NCBI GenBank assembly: GCA_000004695.1
Contig: CM000151.3
Location: 8,224,001-8,288,000, forward strand
Direction of reading: 5' to 3'
DNA length: 64,000 bases
DNA from: Dictyostelium discoideum
Lineage: Eukaryota
The position numbers and the translations under genes were made by a program. The number at the start of each line of letters is the position of its first letter. Position 1 is the stretch's first letter. A model generated the notes under the pieces. That model was not told where the DNA came from. It worked only from the letters and a program-made list of their open reading frames with translations, and did not search any database. Below, piece by piece: positions 38,349 to 50,558 of the stretch.

Positions 38349-39749
38349 TAATAATAATAATAAAAATAATAATTATTATTATTATAATTATAATATAAAA
38401 AATAATAATAAAAATAATAAAAATAAAAATAATAATAAAAATAAAAATAGTAATAATAATAATAATAATAATAATGACGGTAATGAAGCAGGATTACCCA
38501 ATTTAGAATTGAATAGTATAATTAATGAAGAAATAATTTATGATGATTTTAAATCAATACCAATAGAATTGAATGAAAATGAAAAGATAGTAAAGGATAT
38601 TGTAATGTCTAGAGAGTGTGAATATGTCGATTTAGTATATACATGGGTAAATGGTTCAGACCCAAAACATTTTGCAACAAAACAAAAATTAAAAAATAAA
38701 AGTCAAATAGTACCCGCTTCATCTTTTAGAGATATTGGTACTTTAAAATATTCTTTAAGAAGTGTTAGACAATATGCTCCTTGGATAAAGAATATTTATA
38801 TAATTACAGCTGACCAAAAACCTGATTGGTTCGACTCTGAAAATCCTGATAATGTTAGATTTATTTCTCATAGGGATTATTTTCACAATAAGTAAATATT
38901 TACTTCTTTTTTAAAAATAACCTCTTCTTAAATCATAATATATGTTAATTTTTTTTTTTTTTTTTTTTTTTCTTTCTTTTTTTTAGGTCAGATTTACCAA
39001 CATTTAATTCAAATGCGATTGAAGCAAATTTTTGGAATTTACCAGTACAAGTTTCAAATTGTTTTTTATATTTAAATGATGATATTTATTTTAGTAGACC
39101 AGTAAATCAGAGTGATTATTTTGATGAAAATTTTAATCAAGTTGTTTTTACAACACAAGATGAATTGTGGACAAAATCAGAAAATCTTAACAAATTTGAT
39201 CAATATAGTAAAGCGATACTATTCACAAATAGAGCATTAGCATCAGTTTGGCAAGAGATTGTGATAAGGAAATTCCCAGCTCATGGAGTTCAGATTTTTA
39301 ATAGAAAGATATGGTATAAAATTCAAGAAGAATTTGGTACAGCTTTAGAGATAACATCATCAAATAAATTTAGAAGTATTTTAGATTTTCAAATTGGGCA
39401 TTTATATAATCAAGTTGCCATGAAACATTCAAATTGTACAATCAAGAATGACTCTGATGTATTGTATATTTTATTAAATGTAGACAAATACGATCAACAG
39501 TTATCATTGGTGAATTCATCTAGAAATCAAATGAATACAGTATGTTTAAATGATGGTTTAGATTTTTTTAATAATGATCTTCAAAAGAAATTTGATAATA
39601 CATTTAATTATTTATTTCCAAATCCATCACCTTTTGAAATCAAACCATTACCATTTCAAAAAAATTTCATTTTTGCTATTATTTTTGTATTATTACTATT
39701 ATTAATTTTAAAAGTTTTAATAACAAAAAAGAAAATATTTATTTATTAA
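38203..39749 (+). CDS. Stealth-family protein (GlcNAc-1-phosphotransferase-like), type II membrane topology; two exons: 38203..38891 and 38987..39749 (intron 38892..38986, gtaaat...ag)
   Basis: Exon 1 begins with the N-terminal TM 'LTITLILIILFFIYQPLFF', followed by a poly-N tract. Stealth motifs: CR1 'DLVYTWVNGSDP' and CR2 'LKYSLRSVRQYAPWIKNIYIITADQKPDWFDSENPDNVRFISHRDYF'. These resemble human GNPTAB 'DVVYTWVNGTD' and '[46 protein letters not shown]'. The two ORFs 38203-38895 and 39165-39749 are in the same frame once the 95-nt intron is removed. The join continues 'SDLPTFNSNAIE...LYLNDDIYF' (CR3-like). There is a C-terminal hydrophobic segment. Confidence 0.65.
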
Positions 39750-39836
39750 AAATTGTACAAATAAAAATTATTTATTTATTTATTTATTTATTCGTTTAAA
39801 ACCAATTTGTGTATTTTTTTTTTTTTTTTTTTTTTC

Positions 39837-40397
39837 TTAAGAGTCTACACTAAATTTACAAACAACAAAGCCATTATAAATTTTAATGAGACTACCACCA
39901 TTGTATGCTAAATCAGTGATATCATGACCATAGATACCATATCTACCATATGATTTAGCTCTATTTAACATGCCATTGATATTACCAGGATTACCAGATT
40001 CTTTTTCTTCCTCTTGATAAACCCATTGCCAAGCTTTTGAATAAATTGCCAAGAGTTCAATATTTGTTAATGCAATTGATGGATCTGATCTTGTAACTTT
40101 GATAGTGGCTTTATTAGATAAATAACTAGTTATACGACAATAAACATATTTAAAATCAATATTTTTATCAGATAAATTATTTTCAATTATCTTTATTTTT
40201 AATTCTTCTTGTTTTACTCTTTCAATTCTTAATTGGTTATCTTTCAACAATTGTTCTTTAAATTGATCGATATTATTAAATTGATAACATGGACAACCTG
40301 CATATGGTAATAAATCTTCAATTTCATTAAGTACCTCTGAATCTTCAATTAATTTTAAATCTTCTTTACTTGCATCACAAAATAATAATTTATCCAT
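39837..40397 (-). CDS. Hypothetical 186-aa protein
   Basis: Clean ORF with non-repetitive composition ('MDKLLFCDASKEDLKLIEDSEVLNEIEDLLPYAGCPCYQF...'). No family recognised by eye. Confidence 0.4.
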   Translation of the reverse strand: MDKLLFCDASKEDLKLIEDSEVLNEIEDLLPYAGCPCYQFNNIDQFKEQLLKDNQLRIERVKQEELKIKIIENNLSDKNIDFKYVYCRITSYLSNKATIKVTRSDPSIALTNIELLAIYSKAWQWVYQEEEKESGNPGNINGMLNRAKSYGRYGIYGHDITDLAYNGGSLIKIYNGFVVCKFSVDS

Positions 40398-40671
40398 TTC
40401 CTATTGTATTATATATAACCAAACAATTATCTTTTATTTATTTATTTTTTTATAAAAAACTAATTGAACAAACAAAAAAAAAAAAAACAAAAACAAAACT
40501 ATTTATCCTCAAAAAAAAAATAAAAAAAAAACCAAAATAAAAACAAATCATTTCATTGTTTTTCTTAGAAAATGATGTTTTATTGTTTTGTTTTTTTTTT
40601 TTTTTCATTTTTTTTTTTTTTATTTTTTTTATTTTTTTTATTTTTTTTATTTTTTTCTTTGAAACACACAT

Positions 40672-40859
40672 CTATTGACTATCGTAAATAAGTTTTGTTA
40701 ATTGAAAATACATTTTATTTGTTGATTCTTTTGAATTTGTTATTTCAATTAATTGAATTGATTCATGATTTGCTAAAATTTTAATTTTTTCATATTCTGG
40801 GTCATTATCATTTAAATGAGTTTTATCCAAAACTATTATTATTGTTGCTTTTGAATTTA

Positions 40860-40905
<46 letters not shown>

Positions 40906-41361
40906 TTTATTATTGAACCAATTTAACCAGCTATAAATATTAAACCAATCTTTCCAATTATTATTATTATTTGTTTGATTCTTTTTAATTTCGGTTAACC
41001 ATTTTTTTAATATTTCAAAAGATGTATAAAATGAATTGTTATAACTATTATTAAGAGGGTTATAAACTAATATATAACCATCAACACCTTTAAAATAAAA
41101 ATCTTTAAAATATATAAAAGTTTCACTATATTCATTAACATCATAAATAAATAATTTAAACTTTTCACTGGTATCTTTAAATTCTATATTTTTTATTCTA
41201 AACTCTGTTTTAATTTTTACAAGTTCATCATCTTCATCGTCGTCATCACCAAATCTTTTAAAACTCTTTTTTTCATTATTATTAAAATCCCAATAATCTC
41301 CAAACAATACTATCTTATATTTTTTATTATTACTATTATTATTATTATTTTTATTTTGCAT
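40672..41361 (-). CDS. Hypothetical 229-aa protein with a degenerate small-GTPase-like pattern (no intact P-loop)
   Basis: 'KIVLFGD...', 'LFIYDVNEY', 'GVDGYILVYNP...' and 'IVLDKTHL' are spaced like the G1/G3/G4 elements of Ras-like GTPases. The GxxxxGK(S/T) motif is absent. Poly-N inserts are present. Confidence 0.3.
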
Positions 41362-41859
41362 TTAAAAATATCTTTTTTTATTTTGAAATTCCAAAAAAAA
41401 AAAAAAGGGTTTTTTTTTTTTTTTAATTGCAACAAAATTATTTTGGTTATAACAAAAAAAAAAAAAAAAAATAAAGATATATAAAAAAAAAAATAAAAAT
41501 AAAAATTTTTAAAACATTATTAAATAAATTTGAGTTTTCTGTTTTTTTCTTTTTCGATGAAAAAAAAATTTTATAATTAAATTATTTATTTATTTGTTTA
41601 TTTTTTTATTTATATATTTATTTATTTATTTTTTTATATATGGCGATCTATTTTTTCATGCAAAAAAAAATAAAAATAAACAATACAATTAAATTTTTTT
41701 TTTTTTTCATTTTATTTTTCTTTTTTTTACCATTTTATCATAATAATTAATTAATTAATTCAAAAAAACACTAAAAATAAATAAATTAGATTTACCACAC
41801 TAAATTTTTATTTTTTATTTATTTTTATTTATATATTTTATTTTATTTTTTATTTATTT

Positions 41860-44822
41860 TTAAATTGATTGAGGAAATTCAACAGGATTCATTTTAAAGT
41901 TTCTTGCAGAAATTGGACAAATAAAAGGTATTTGGAAACATTTTGGATGAACTATTGTACCATTTGGAAAGTAAACGAAAACACGATCACTAATTGGTTT
42001 TGAACAAACGGCACAACGTCTATCGGGACCAATATAAACCGAAGCAGAACAAACCATCATATATTCGGATTTAGTTGATAGATTTAAAGATTTTTGTAAA
42101 TTTTTAACGATTTTAGATTCACGTTGTTGACTAATTGAATAATTGAAGCTATTTGAAAGATAACTCTCTAATAAATTAATTGGTATAGAGTTTGGTAATA
42201 GTGCCAAAACCTTTATTGGATCCATTTCTTCATAATAATGATTTAAAAATTCAATGATATAACGTGGTATAATCGGCTCACCATTTGAATCTTTTATAAG
42301 TGAATTTGTTAATTGATTCTTTACACTACTCTTTAAACTTTGTTCTTTATAATTTAAATAAGTTCTTAATAAACATAAAAATAATTCTTGTCTTTTTGAA
42401 TCATATAATGATGATTTTGGTAAATTTGAATCATTATTATTATTATTATTATTATTATTTAAATTATTATTATTATTAATTAAATTAAAACCTTGTATTG
42501 GTGATGAAGATATTTGAATATTATTATTTATATTATTTATATTTTGTTGTGATAATCTAATTGAATTTCTTAAATTTGTTGTTGATGGTGAAGTACCCAT
42601 GATTGTTGGTGATGATGAATTTGGTGTATTTGAAGATGTTGGTGTTATTGTAGTTTGAGTACTAACTACATTTGTAATTGATAAACTAAAATTTGGATCA
42701 AAAGATTCACAAATATATTCAGCTTTTTTAAAATTATTTAATTTCCAAACTATAATATTAAACATCTTTTCATATTGACCGATTCTAAGATAAAGTATAA
42801 CCAATTCTTCATAGAGTAAACTATTACGAACACGATGTAACAATGTTGAAGCATTATAACAATTTGATAATTCCAATAGATTAATCAATTTTTGTCTATC
42901 AGAATTTGCAATTGGTATATCGGTTCTACCTTGAGAAGATTGTAATTCTGGGCAATTCTTAAAGATTTGTTCAATATATGAAGTTGCTAACTTTGTATGT
43001 AAATAATCAACCCTATTCTCTTCTTGATAAATTAAATATTCTAAATAGATTTGAAAATAGTAATCACCAAATGGTGTTAAAAATTCAATAACATCATCAA
43101 TTATAAATTGATCTTTTCTTTTCTTTAAAAATATTTTCATTGGTAATTGTTTTATAGAATCATCATCATCATCATCACCATCATCTTGGTTGTCTTTATT
43201 ATTATTATTATTATTATTATTTCGTTGTTGTTGTTGTTCTTGTGTAATTTTAATTAAAAATGGTGTAAATTCCCAAACCAATTCTTTATTTGGTTCTGGT
43301 AATATATCTTGATTTTGTTTACATTCTAAAAGTTGAATTGATTCTTCAATACCATTACAATTGAAATGATCTGATAATTCACCCAATGATAATCTATTCC
43401 AAAGTAATAATGCTTTTCTATACTTTTCAGTATACTGATAAACCAATCCTAATTGTTTATAAAGTTGTTTATTATTTAACCATTCTTCAACATCTTGAAT
43501 ATAGAATTGATTATTAATTACACTATTACCACCATTAACTCTACATTTTGCTAATAATGATATTAATTTTGAAATTTTATTTGATTCAGAATATAGCTTT
43601 AATAAAACTGTTGTTAAATCTTTAAATTCTTCACTACCACTTAACAATGCATTACTACTACTATTAATATTATTTATATAATGTTCTAAATATAAAGTTA
43701 ATTGCGATTTTGAATCATCAATTAATGAATCTACATCTTTTAATTCAATTGTATTTGGTGCATTTGAAATTGCACTATCTTTAATGGATTTGAAAATATC
43801 AGATTGATCAAATGGTGAACGATAGTTAGTTTGATAGGGCATATAAGTTGGAAAGAATGATATGATAGCACGGTGATCCAATTTTGATAATTGGAGATAC
43901 TTGAATGCTGAAGAGAATTTAAATCTATAGAATTCCGACATTGCAACCAATTCATAAACTTTGCAAAGTCTAGCTTGGTGAATTTGTTTCTCCCTATTTG
44001 GGTCGTACCCATCCTCGAGCTCGGCCCTCTCCCTCTTGAAAAATATTTCAAACAACCTTATGGCCTCCTCATGCTCGCCCCTATTAATCAATTGGTGTAC
44101 TAAATCATCGATATTCCCAACATGCAAACAGTACACGGAATTGGGTGAACTGCCATACAAAACTATGAAATCCTTGCCATTACCACGTCCTTCGAAAATC
44201 TGTTGGAATGATATCACTGACGATGACGACGATGCGCCTTTATTATGCGAACTATTATTCAACTCTTGAATGAGTTTTTGGTTTTTCATATCGTGTATGT
44301 TTATGCACCGGTTGTGGAGTATGGTGATGAGGTATGGCTCCAGGTACGACATCGACATTGGATTGCTGTCCCAAATGATTGACCCTTGGACAATGTCACC
44401 TTGCAAATCCACCAACACCGATAGGTCCACTGTCGTCAATAGGAATTTCTCTTGATCCAATATTAACTTTGTACGTGGACCCGGTACATTCTTATCCAAC
44501 TCCAATAGACTCTTATAGAGTCCACTATCGGCATCAACGATTGCATACTCTTTTCTACTTCCAACACATAAACTTGTTTTACACCATTCAACCGTTAATG
44601 CTAACTCTGGTAATGCAATCTCCCTATACATATCAAATACACCAATAAATTCATAAAGTGTTAATTTCCTTTTTGTAACAACACATATCTTAAATTCTTG
44701 ACTCTTTTTCTTTGAACAAAATGTTATTACACCTTTATTTGTTGATATACCATTTTGAGTATTTGGTCCATCTAAATTATACATACTAAAAACATCTAAA
44801 TTACCATCTATATATATTTATA

Positions 44823-44874
<52 letters not shown>

Positions 44875-45194
44875 TAAGTGTAATTCTTTAAATAGGAAAA
44901 AAAAAAAAAAAAAGAATTAAATAATTTATACTTACCACAAAGAGTTAATAATTTACCAATATCTGCAATTAATAATAATTTATCAACAGGTTTTTTACCA
45001 TATCCTAATGATTTACTATTTTCCATTCTACTTTTAAAGGTAATTTTTTTATTATTTTCTACTTTTTCAATGATATATAATAAAATTTGACCATCATTTG
45101 TACCTAAATATATATTATTTTGCCAAATTTCAATCGATTCAATTTTGCATGGTGCATTCTTTATTATTGGTATTAATTCAAATGGATTTAACAT
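41860..45194 (-). CDS. vps39: Vps39/Vam6-like HOPS/CORVET-type tethering subunit (CNH domain N-terminus, C-terminal Cys-rich zinc-finger-like end); two exons: complement(44936..45194) and complement(41860..44807), intron ~44808..44935
   Basis: Exon 1 'MLNPFELIPIIKNAPCKIESIEIWQNNIYLGTNDGQILLY' parallels human VPS39 'MHDAFEPVPILEKLPLQIDCLAAWEEWLLVGTKQGHLLLY'. The C-terminus 'CAVCSKPISDRVFVYFPNGTIVHPKCFQ' parallels 'CMVCKKKIGNSAFARYPNGVVVHYFCSKE'. A 'gtaagt' donor follows 'LTLC' and the acceptor '...atatatag' precedes 'atggtaatttagat'. The phase is consistent with the two ORF frames (total 1068 aa). An inconsistency between the printed sequence and the ORF track in the poly-A run at ~44897-44913 makes the exon-1 boundary uncertain by 1 nt. 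Confidence 0.75.
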
Positions 45195-45606
45195 TTTTGA
45201 ATTAATATCTCTTTTACTATAATATATTATAGTAATTTATATTAATTTTTTTTGATCTTTTTTTTTTTTTTTTGAAAAATAAGTTGTCCCACAACAACTA
45301 TCTCTTTTTTTTTTCAAAAAATAATTTAGAAAAATGAAAAAAAAAAAAAAAAAATAAGAAAAAAAATAAAAAAATATAAATTAAAAAAAAAAAAAATAAA
45401 AAAATCAAAATTTTGATTTTTTTTTTTTTTTTTTTTTATTTTCACAAACACTCCATTGTTTTTTCAACCGGGTTCATCAAAATCTAAACAAAACACTGTT
45501 AAATTAAATAATTGAGATTTTTAATTGTTTAGAAAAAAAAGAATAAAAAAAAATAAAAATAAAAATAATTTTTTTAAATTATCTTTTTATTATTTATTTT
45601 TACTTT

Positions 45607-46113
45607 TTACTTTTTACCAGCTAATGGTTCTGGTTTTTTAATAATAAAGAAAACTAAAAATAATGTAATTGAAAGCATTACCATTACAACTAAAGCAATT
45701 GGACCATAACGATCATCAAATGGACCTTTACCTTTGGTTAGGATTGCTCTTCTACGTAATCTGAAAATGATATAACTGTAAACCAAAAAACCCAATGCAA
45801 TGATCCAAAGACATAGACCAGTGAAGAGTGATAATGATTCTGTTCCGAAAAAGGTAATGATAGATGTACCAATTGCACCCAATGAAAAGGTTGTACCTAC
45901 CCAACTCATCCAAGTTCTTTCATTTGAAAATAATTTTGAATCATCACTTAAAACTTTTCTCCAAACTGGAATCTTTTTACCTTCTGCTGCTGCAATAGCT
46001 GATAATGATACTTTCTTTTCTGTTTCACTTCCACTACCTTTACCAAATATCCATTTTCTACTTTTTAATTTATTTTTATTATTATTACTATTCTCACCAC
46101 CACTACTATCATA

Positions 46114-46154
<41 letters not shown>

Positions 46155-46869
46155 TACTATTTTTATTATTATTTCTATAATTATTATTATTATTATCATC
46201 ACTATTATCATTATAATTTACAACACTACTATTTGGTCTTCTTTTACCAAATGCTTGAATTTCATTATCATAGATACTACCTTTTTTAGGTTTAATTTTT
46301 TGAACAAGTTTTTGTGGTGGTGGTGGAAGTAATAATGAACTACTACCCATTGATGATACTGTTGATGCTGGTAGTTGGTTTTGTTGTTGTTGATTTTGTT
46401 GTTGTTGTTGATTTTGTTGCTGTATGAACCAATTAATATCATTCTCTGCTATTAATGGATTTGTACTTGTGGGTGGTGGTATTGTAATATCAGTATAATT
46501 GTAATCGGTATTACTATTTTGATTCATGGTTTCACCATTCTCATCTATACTACTTAATTGAGAGATATGTAATTGTTGTTGATATCTCTCTTTTTCAAGT
46601 TGTTCAATTTGTAATTGCTGTTGTTCAACTAATTTTCTTAATCTTTTTCTTTCCTTTTTCTTTTTTCCTTTTTTCTTTTTTTTACCACCTCCGTCACTTG
46701 ATCCTGATGATTCTTCATCATTATCTTCATCTTCTGAGTTATTATTATTATTATTAATTATTTCATTTTTTTTAATTTTTTTATTATTATTTGGTGATGG
46801 TGTTGTAGTTGTTGTTGTTGTGGTGGTATTATTACTGTTATTACTATTTAATCCTGGGGGATCTATCAT
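45607..46869 (-). CDS. Membrane protein with C-terminal DUF202-like (YidH-type) domain, N-terminal low-complexity and coiled-coil-like region
   Basis: 420-aa ORF. The C-terminal 'FSNERTWMSWVGTTFSLGAIGTSII...' followed by hydrophobic helices matches the DUF202 consensus 'NERT.L.W.RT.L...G'. Poly-N/Q/T tracts and a K/R-rich stretch are present. Confidence 0.45.
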
Positions 46870-47476
46870 TTTTAAAATTTTATGGAAATTTTTTTTTATA
46901 TATTATATTTAATTTTTTTTTTTTTTTTTAAAAAATCATATACCCATAAATATTTATATATATATTATAAAAATTATCTATTACTAGTAAGTGTTGATGG
47001 GAATTTTAAAAATAATGAAAAATAAAAAAAAAAAAAAAAAACACAATTTAAAAATAAAAAAAAATAAAAAAAAAAATAAAAATAAAATTAATAAAAATAA
47101 AAAAAAATAAAAAAAACCAAATTCTTATCAATTGAATTTTCAGACTTTTGACATTCTAAATTAAAGCAATTGCAATAAAAAAAAAAAAAAAAAAATTAAA
47201 TTTCATAAACGAAAGTATATACATGGATGGATATTTAAATACTTAAGTATTAGATTATAATTTTTTATTTTTTTCTTTTTATTTTTTTTTATTATTTTAT
47301 TTTTTTTCATTTATTTATATATTTATTTTTTCATATTAATTTATTATTTATTTATTTATTTTATTATTTTATTTATATAGAATTCATATAATTATTTTTA
47401 TTTTTTATTTTAATCTTTTTTCCTAATTCAAAAGAAATTAATTTTTATATTATTCTTTATATTAAAAGAAGTGAAA

Positions 47477-47514
<38 letters not shown>

Positions 47515-47818
47515 AAAATTTTCTTCAAAAAAGGATATTTTAATTAAAATTTAAATTTTTAATAAAACTTTGATTGCTTATAAAATATATTTATATCAGA
47601 AATAATATATTTTTCTTTTTTAATTTATTTTTTTTTAATTTTTTTTTTTTTTTATTTTTATAATTTTTTTTTTTTTTTTTTTTTAATTTTCATATTTATT
47701 TGTGAAAATACCACGCGCATTAAAAGAAGAAATAAAAAAACAAATAAAAAAACAATAAACACGATCATGAATAATTAATAATATTATTTAATTATATTTA
47801 TATTTATATTAAAAAAAA

Positions 47819-48437
47819 ATGATAAAAACTTTAATAATTATAATTGTATCTGTTATTGTGGGATACTTAATTTCTCATTTTAATATTTTAAATTTTGTAA
47901 TCTCATCACTAATCGAAGTAACAGTAATTAATAATAAGGTAAATAAATATAATATAATATAATATAATATAATATAATATAATATAATATAATATAATAT
48001 AATATAATATAATATAATATAATATAATATAAAAAGAATAGGTTAAAGCCTTGTAAATTTTTAGTAACTAACATTATTCTCACCAATTGAATATATTTAT
48101 TTAGAAAGTAATAGTTGGGGCCATCGTTGGACAAGCATTAATTTATTTTTTCGTATTCTTCCTACCACTTTCAAGTGTAGCAAATCAAATTGTAAAAGAG
48201 GAGTCATCAACAAACTATAGAGTGAATCCACCTAAAACACCTTCTTTAGTAGGAAATTTGTATCTACAACAACAATTACAACAACAGCAACAGCAACAAC
48301 AGCAATTACAACAACAACAACAACAGCAACAACAATCTCATCATCAACCAATTTTAAATACAGCGACTCCTTTTACACTACAGAATCATCTTATACCAAA
48401 TCCGTCTATTAAAACAACACAATATAATATTAAATAA
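47819..48437 (+). CDS. Small (~150 aa) predicted two-TM protein with poly-Gln C-terminal region; exons 47819..47938 and 48105..48437
   Basis: Exon 1 'MIKTLIIIIVSVIVGYLISHFNILNFVISSLIEVTVINNK' ends at 'aag|gtaaat'. The acceptor 'ttatttag' at 48097-48104 is followed in phase 0 by 'KVIVGAIVGQALIYFFVFFLPLSSVANQIVKEESS...', joining in-frame with the listed ORF 48222-48437. The intron holds an (ataat)n microsatellite. Confidence 0.4.
47947..48031. repeat. (ataat)n pentanucleotide microsatellite, ~17 units, inside the predicted intron
   Basis: Seen directly. Confidence 0.9.
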
Positions 48438-48654
48438 ATTGTAAATATACATATAAATTAAAATAAAAAAATAAATGAGAAACAACCTTGTGGTCCACAA
48501 CAATCTAAAGAAAAAAAAAAAAAAAAAAAAAAAGAATATGAAATAATTATTGATATTTTTTCTTAATAATAATAAAAAACAATGAGAATTGGATAGATAT
48601 TAATAGATCATTTTTATTATAACTTTATTTTTTTTGTTTTTTTTTTCCTTTTTT

Positions 48655-48685
<31 letters not shown>

Positions 48686-48980
48686 TAGAAATACAAATAA
48701 ATAATTAATATTTTTTTCTTTGAATTGATATTAGATCGGGTAGATCTAAAGAAATTTTTGAATTACCTAAACAGAATTATTCTATATATAAATTTTAAAA
48801 AATAAATAATTATAAAAAGAAATAAAATAAATAGAAAAGAAAATTATTATTAATATGTTTTAGTTTTTTTTTTTTTTTTTTTAATATATATATATGATAA
48901 TAATAATTTTTATATTTTTTTTTTATTATTATTATTTATGGATTTTGTTTTTTTTTTTTTTTTTTTGATTTTTTTTAATT

Positions 48981-50558
48981 TTATAATAAAATTAAATTAA
49001 TTATTAAAATAATTGAAATGAAGGAAAATGATAAATAATTGAAATTGTTTTTGTTTCCATCATTTCTATAATAAGTTGAGTCGAATTGATTAATATCAGT
49101 AATATCACCTACATTTGAATTTTTTGAGTTTTTGCCAATGGCAAAGCCAACTCTATTTTCAATGTTATCAAAAATTGTATAATAACCACGCATGAAAACG
49201 TCACCCAATATGGTCATATCATCACCACGATCAATACCCCAACAATAGCCATAGACACCTTGTTGATTAGATTCGGTTTTGATCATATAATTCTTTGGTG
49301 GAATGGCGATTCTGACGCCACCTTCGAAGCCGAAATGTAACCATGGGAAGGTTGCGAAATCTTCTTCTTTTTCAAAACAGACTCTACTTGAGAAAATTGA
49401 TGGATAACTACAAACCATATCGATGTGACAATAGTGTTTTCTAAAGTATTGGATTAGGTGGTCGTATACTCTTGAGGTTAAAATTAAGTCACTTGTACCA
49501 CTATCAACAATTACTTGACCCATTGAATTTGCTGGGAAAGAGGTATTGTCAACACGGAATGATGTTGGTTTAATTGCATAGAATGGACCAGCTGGTTGAA
49601 TTGGCGTATATTGAATTGAACCGATATAATAATGATGATTGATTTTACCCAATGATAAATAACCTTGACCATGATAATCTAAATAAATACCAAATATATT
49701 CTTTATCGATGAATTTGATCTAACCATTGAATCGAAAATGGTTGGAACTAAATTCTTATTATTACTTGTTCTACCTAAACCCATAATACCATCAGCTCTT
49801 GGATATTCGAATGCTCCAACCTCTTCAACATTTGCTCCAAAATAAATTGTACTACTAACTCCACTAACTGTAATTTCATCACTAAAAACTTTACCTTTTA
49901 TCTTTGATCCATCACCATATAAAATAATAAAATCACAAGTTGATTTAGCATTTTGATGTAATTTACATGATGGTGATGCTGATCCTGATCCTAAACATTT
50001 ATCAGATGAACATGCTTTAAAAAAAAATTAAAAAAAAAACAAATAAAAAAAAAACCTGGATGTCAATAATTAATTCAATTTTTGGAAAAAAAAAAAAAAA
50101 AAAAAATACTTACGAATTAATTGTGAGGATGATGATAAAGCTGGATCATAAACTGGTCTATTATCTTTACAACTATTACAACCTTTTAATGGAATTGCAG
50201 TTAAAGTTGAACCAGTATCAACTTGTAAAATGAATTTTTGTTGACCAATTAAAACATTTACATTAATTTGATAGAAATTACCTTGCATATCAATATCAAT
50301 ATTCTTTGATAATGGATTTCTTTTATAATTTGATGGTTGAGTTGGTTTTAATGTCATCATACCATTTTCAATATTTCTATCAAATTCAACACTATATCTT
50401 GATTCAATTGTTAAAGGTAAATCAATTCCAAAATCACCATCTTGATCATGTTCAATATCATCTATATTTAAATTATTTGAATTTAATTCTGTGGTCGATC
50501 CCTTAATTATATTTATTGATAGTAAAAATATTACCAATAAAATATTTGATAATTTCAT
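48981..50558 (-). CDS. Pepsin-family (A1) aspartic protease with signal peptide and C-terminal hydrophobic tail; exons complement(50114..50558) and complement(48981..50014), intron 50015..50113
   Basis: Both catalytic motifs are present: 'LQVDTGSTLTAIP' (exon 1) and 'VIVDSGTSDLILT' (exon 2). Signal peptide 'MKLSNILLVIFLLSINIIKG'. A 'gtaagt' donor follows 'SSSSQLI'. The acceptor 'ttttaaag' precedes 'CSSDKCLGSGSASPSCKLHQNAKSTCDFIILYGDGSKIKG...', typical pepsin disulfide loops. The phase is consistent, giving ~492 aa. It ends in the hydrophobic 'FSFISIILIINLILL'. Confidence 0.75.

Noticed and set aside
40450-40671. Poly-Lys/poly-Phe ORFs in A/T-rich spacers (e.g. 40450-40671, 8438-8710, 14747-14935, 15129-15374, 58239-58442, 59316-59620, 60945-61259, 61337-61762, 62098-62486, 62642-62842)
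   Set aside because: Composed almost entirely of AAA/TTT codons in homopolymer-rich intergenic DNA. They show no complexity or conservation.
43740-44648. Short ORFs overlapping vps39 (43740-44051 -, 44036-44269 +, 44270-44455 +, 44379-44648 +) and overlapping the DUF202 gene (45800-46114 +, 46005-46289 +, 46218-46442 -)
   Set aside because: Alternative-frame or antisense ORFs nested in well-supported longer genes. The poly-Y/poly-N content derives from the host gene's repeats.
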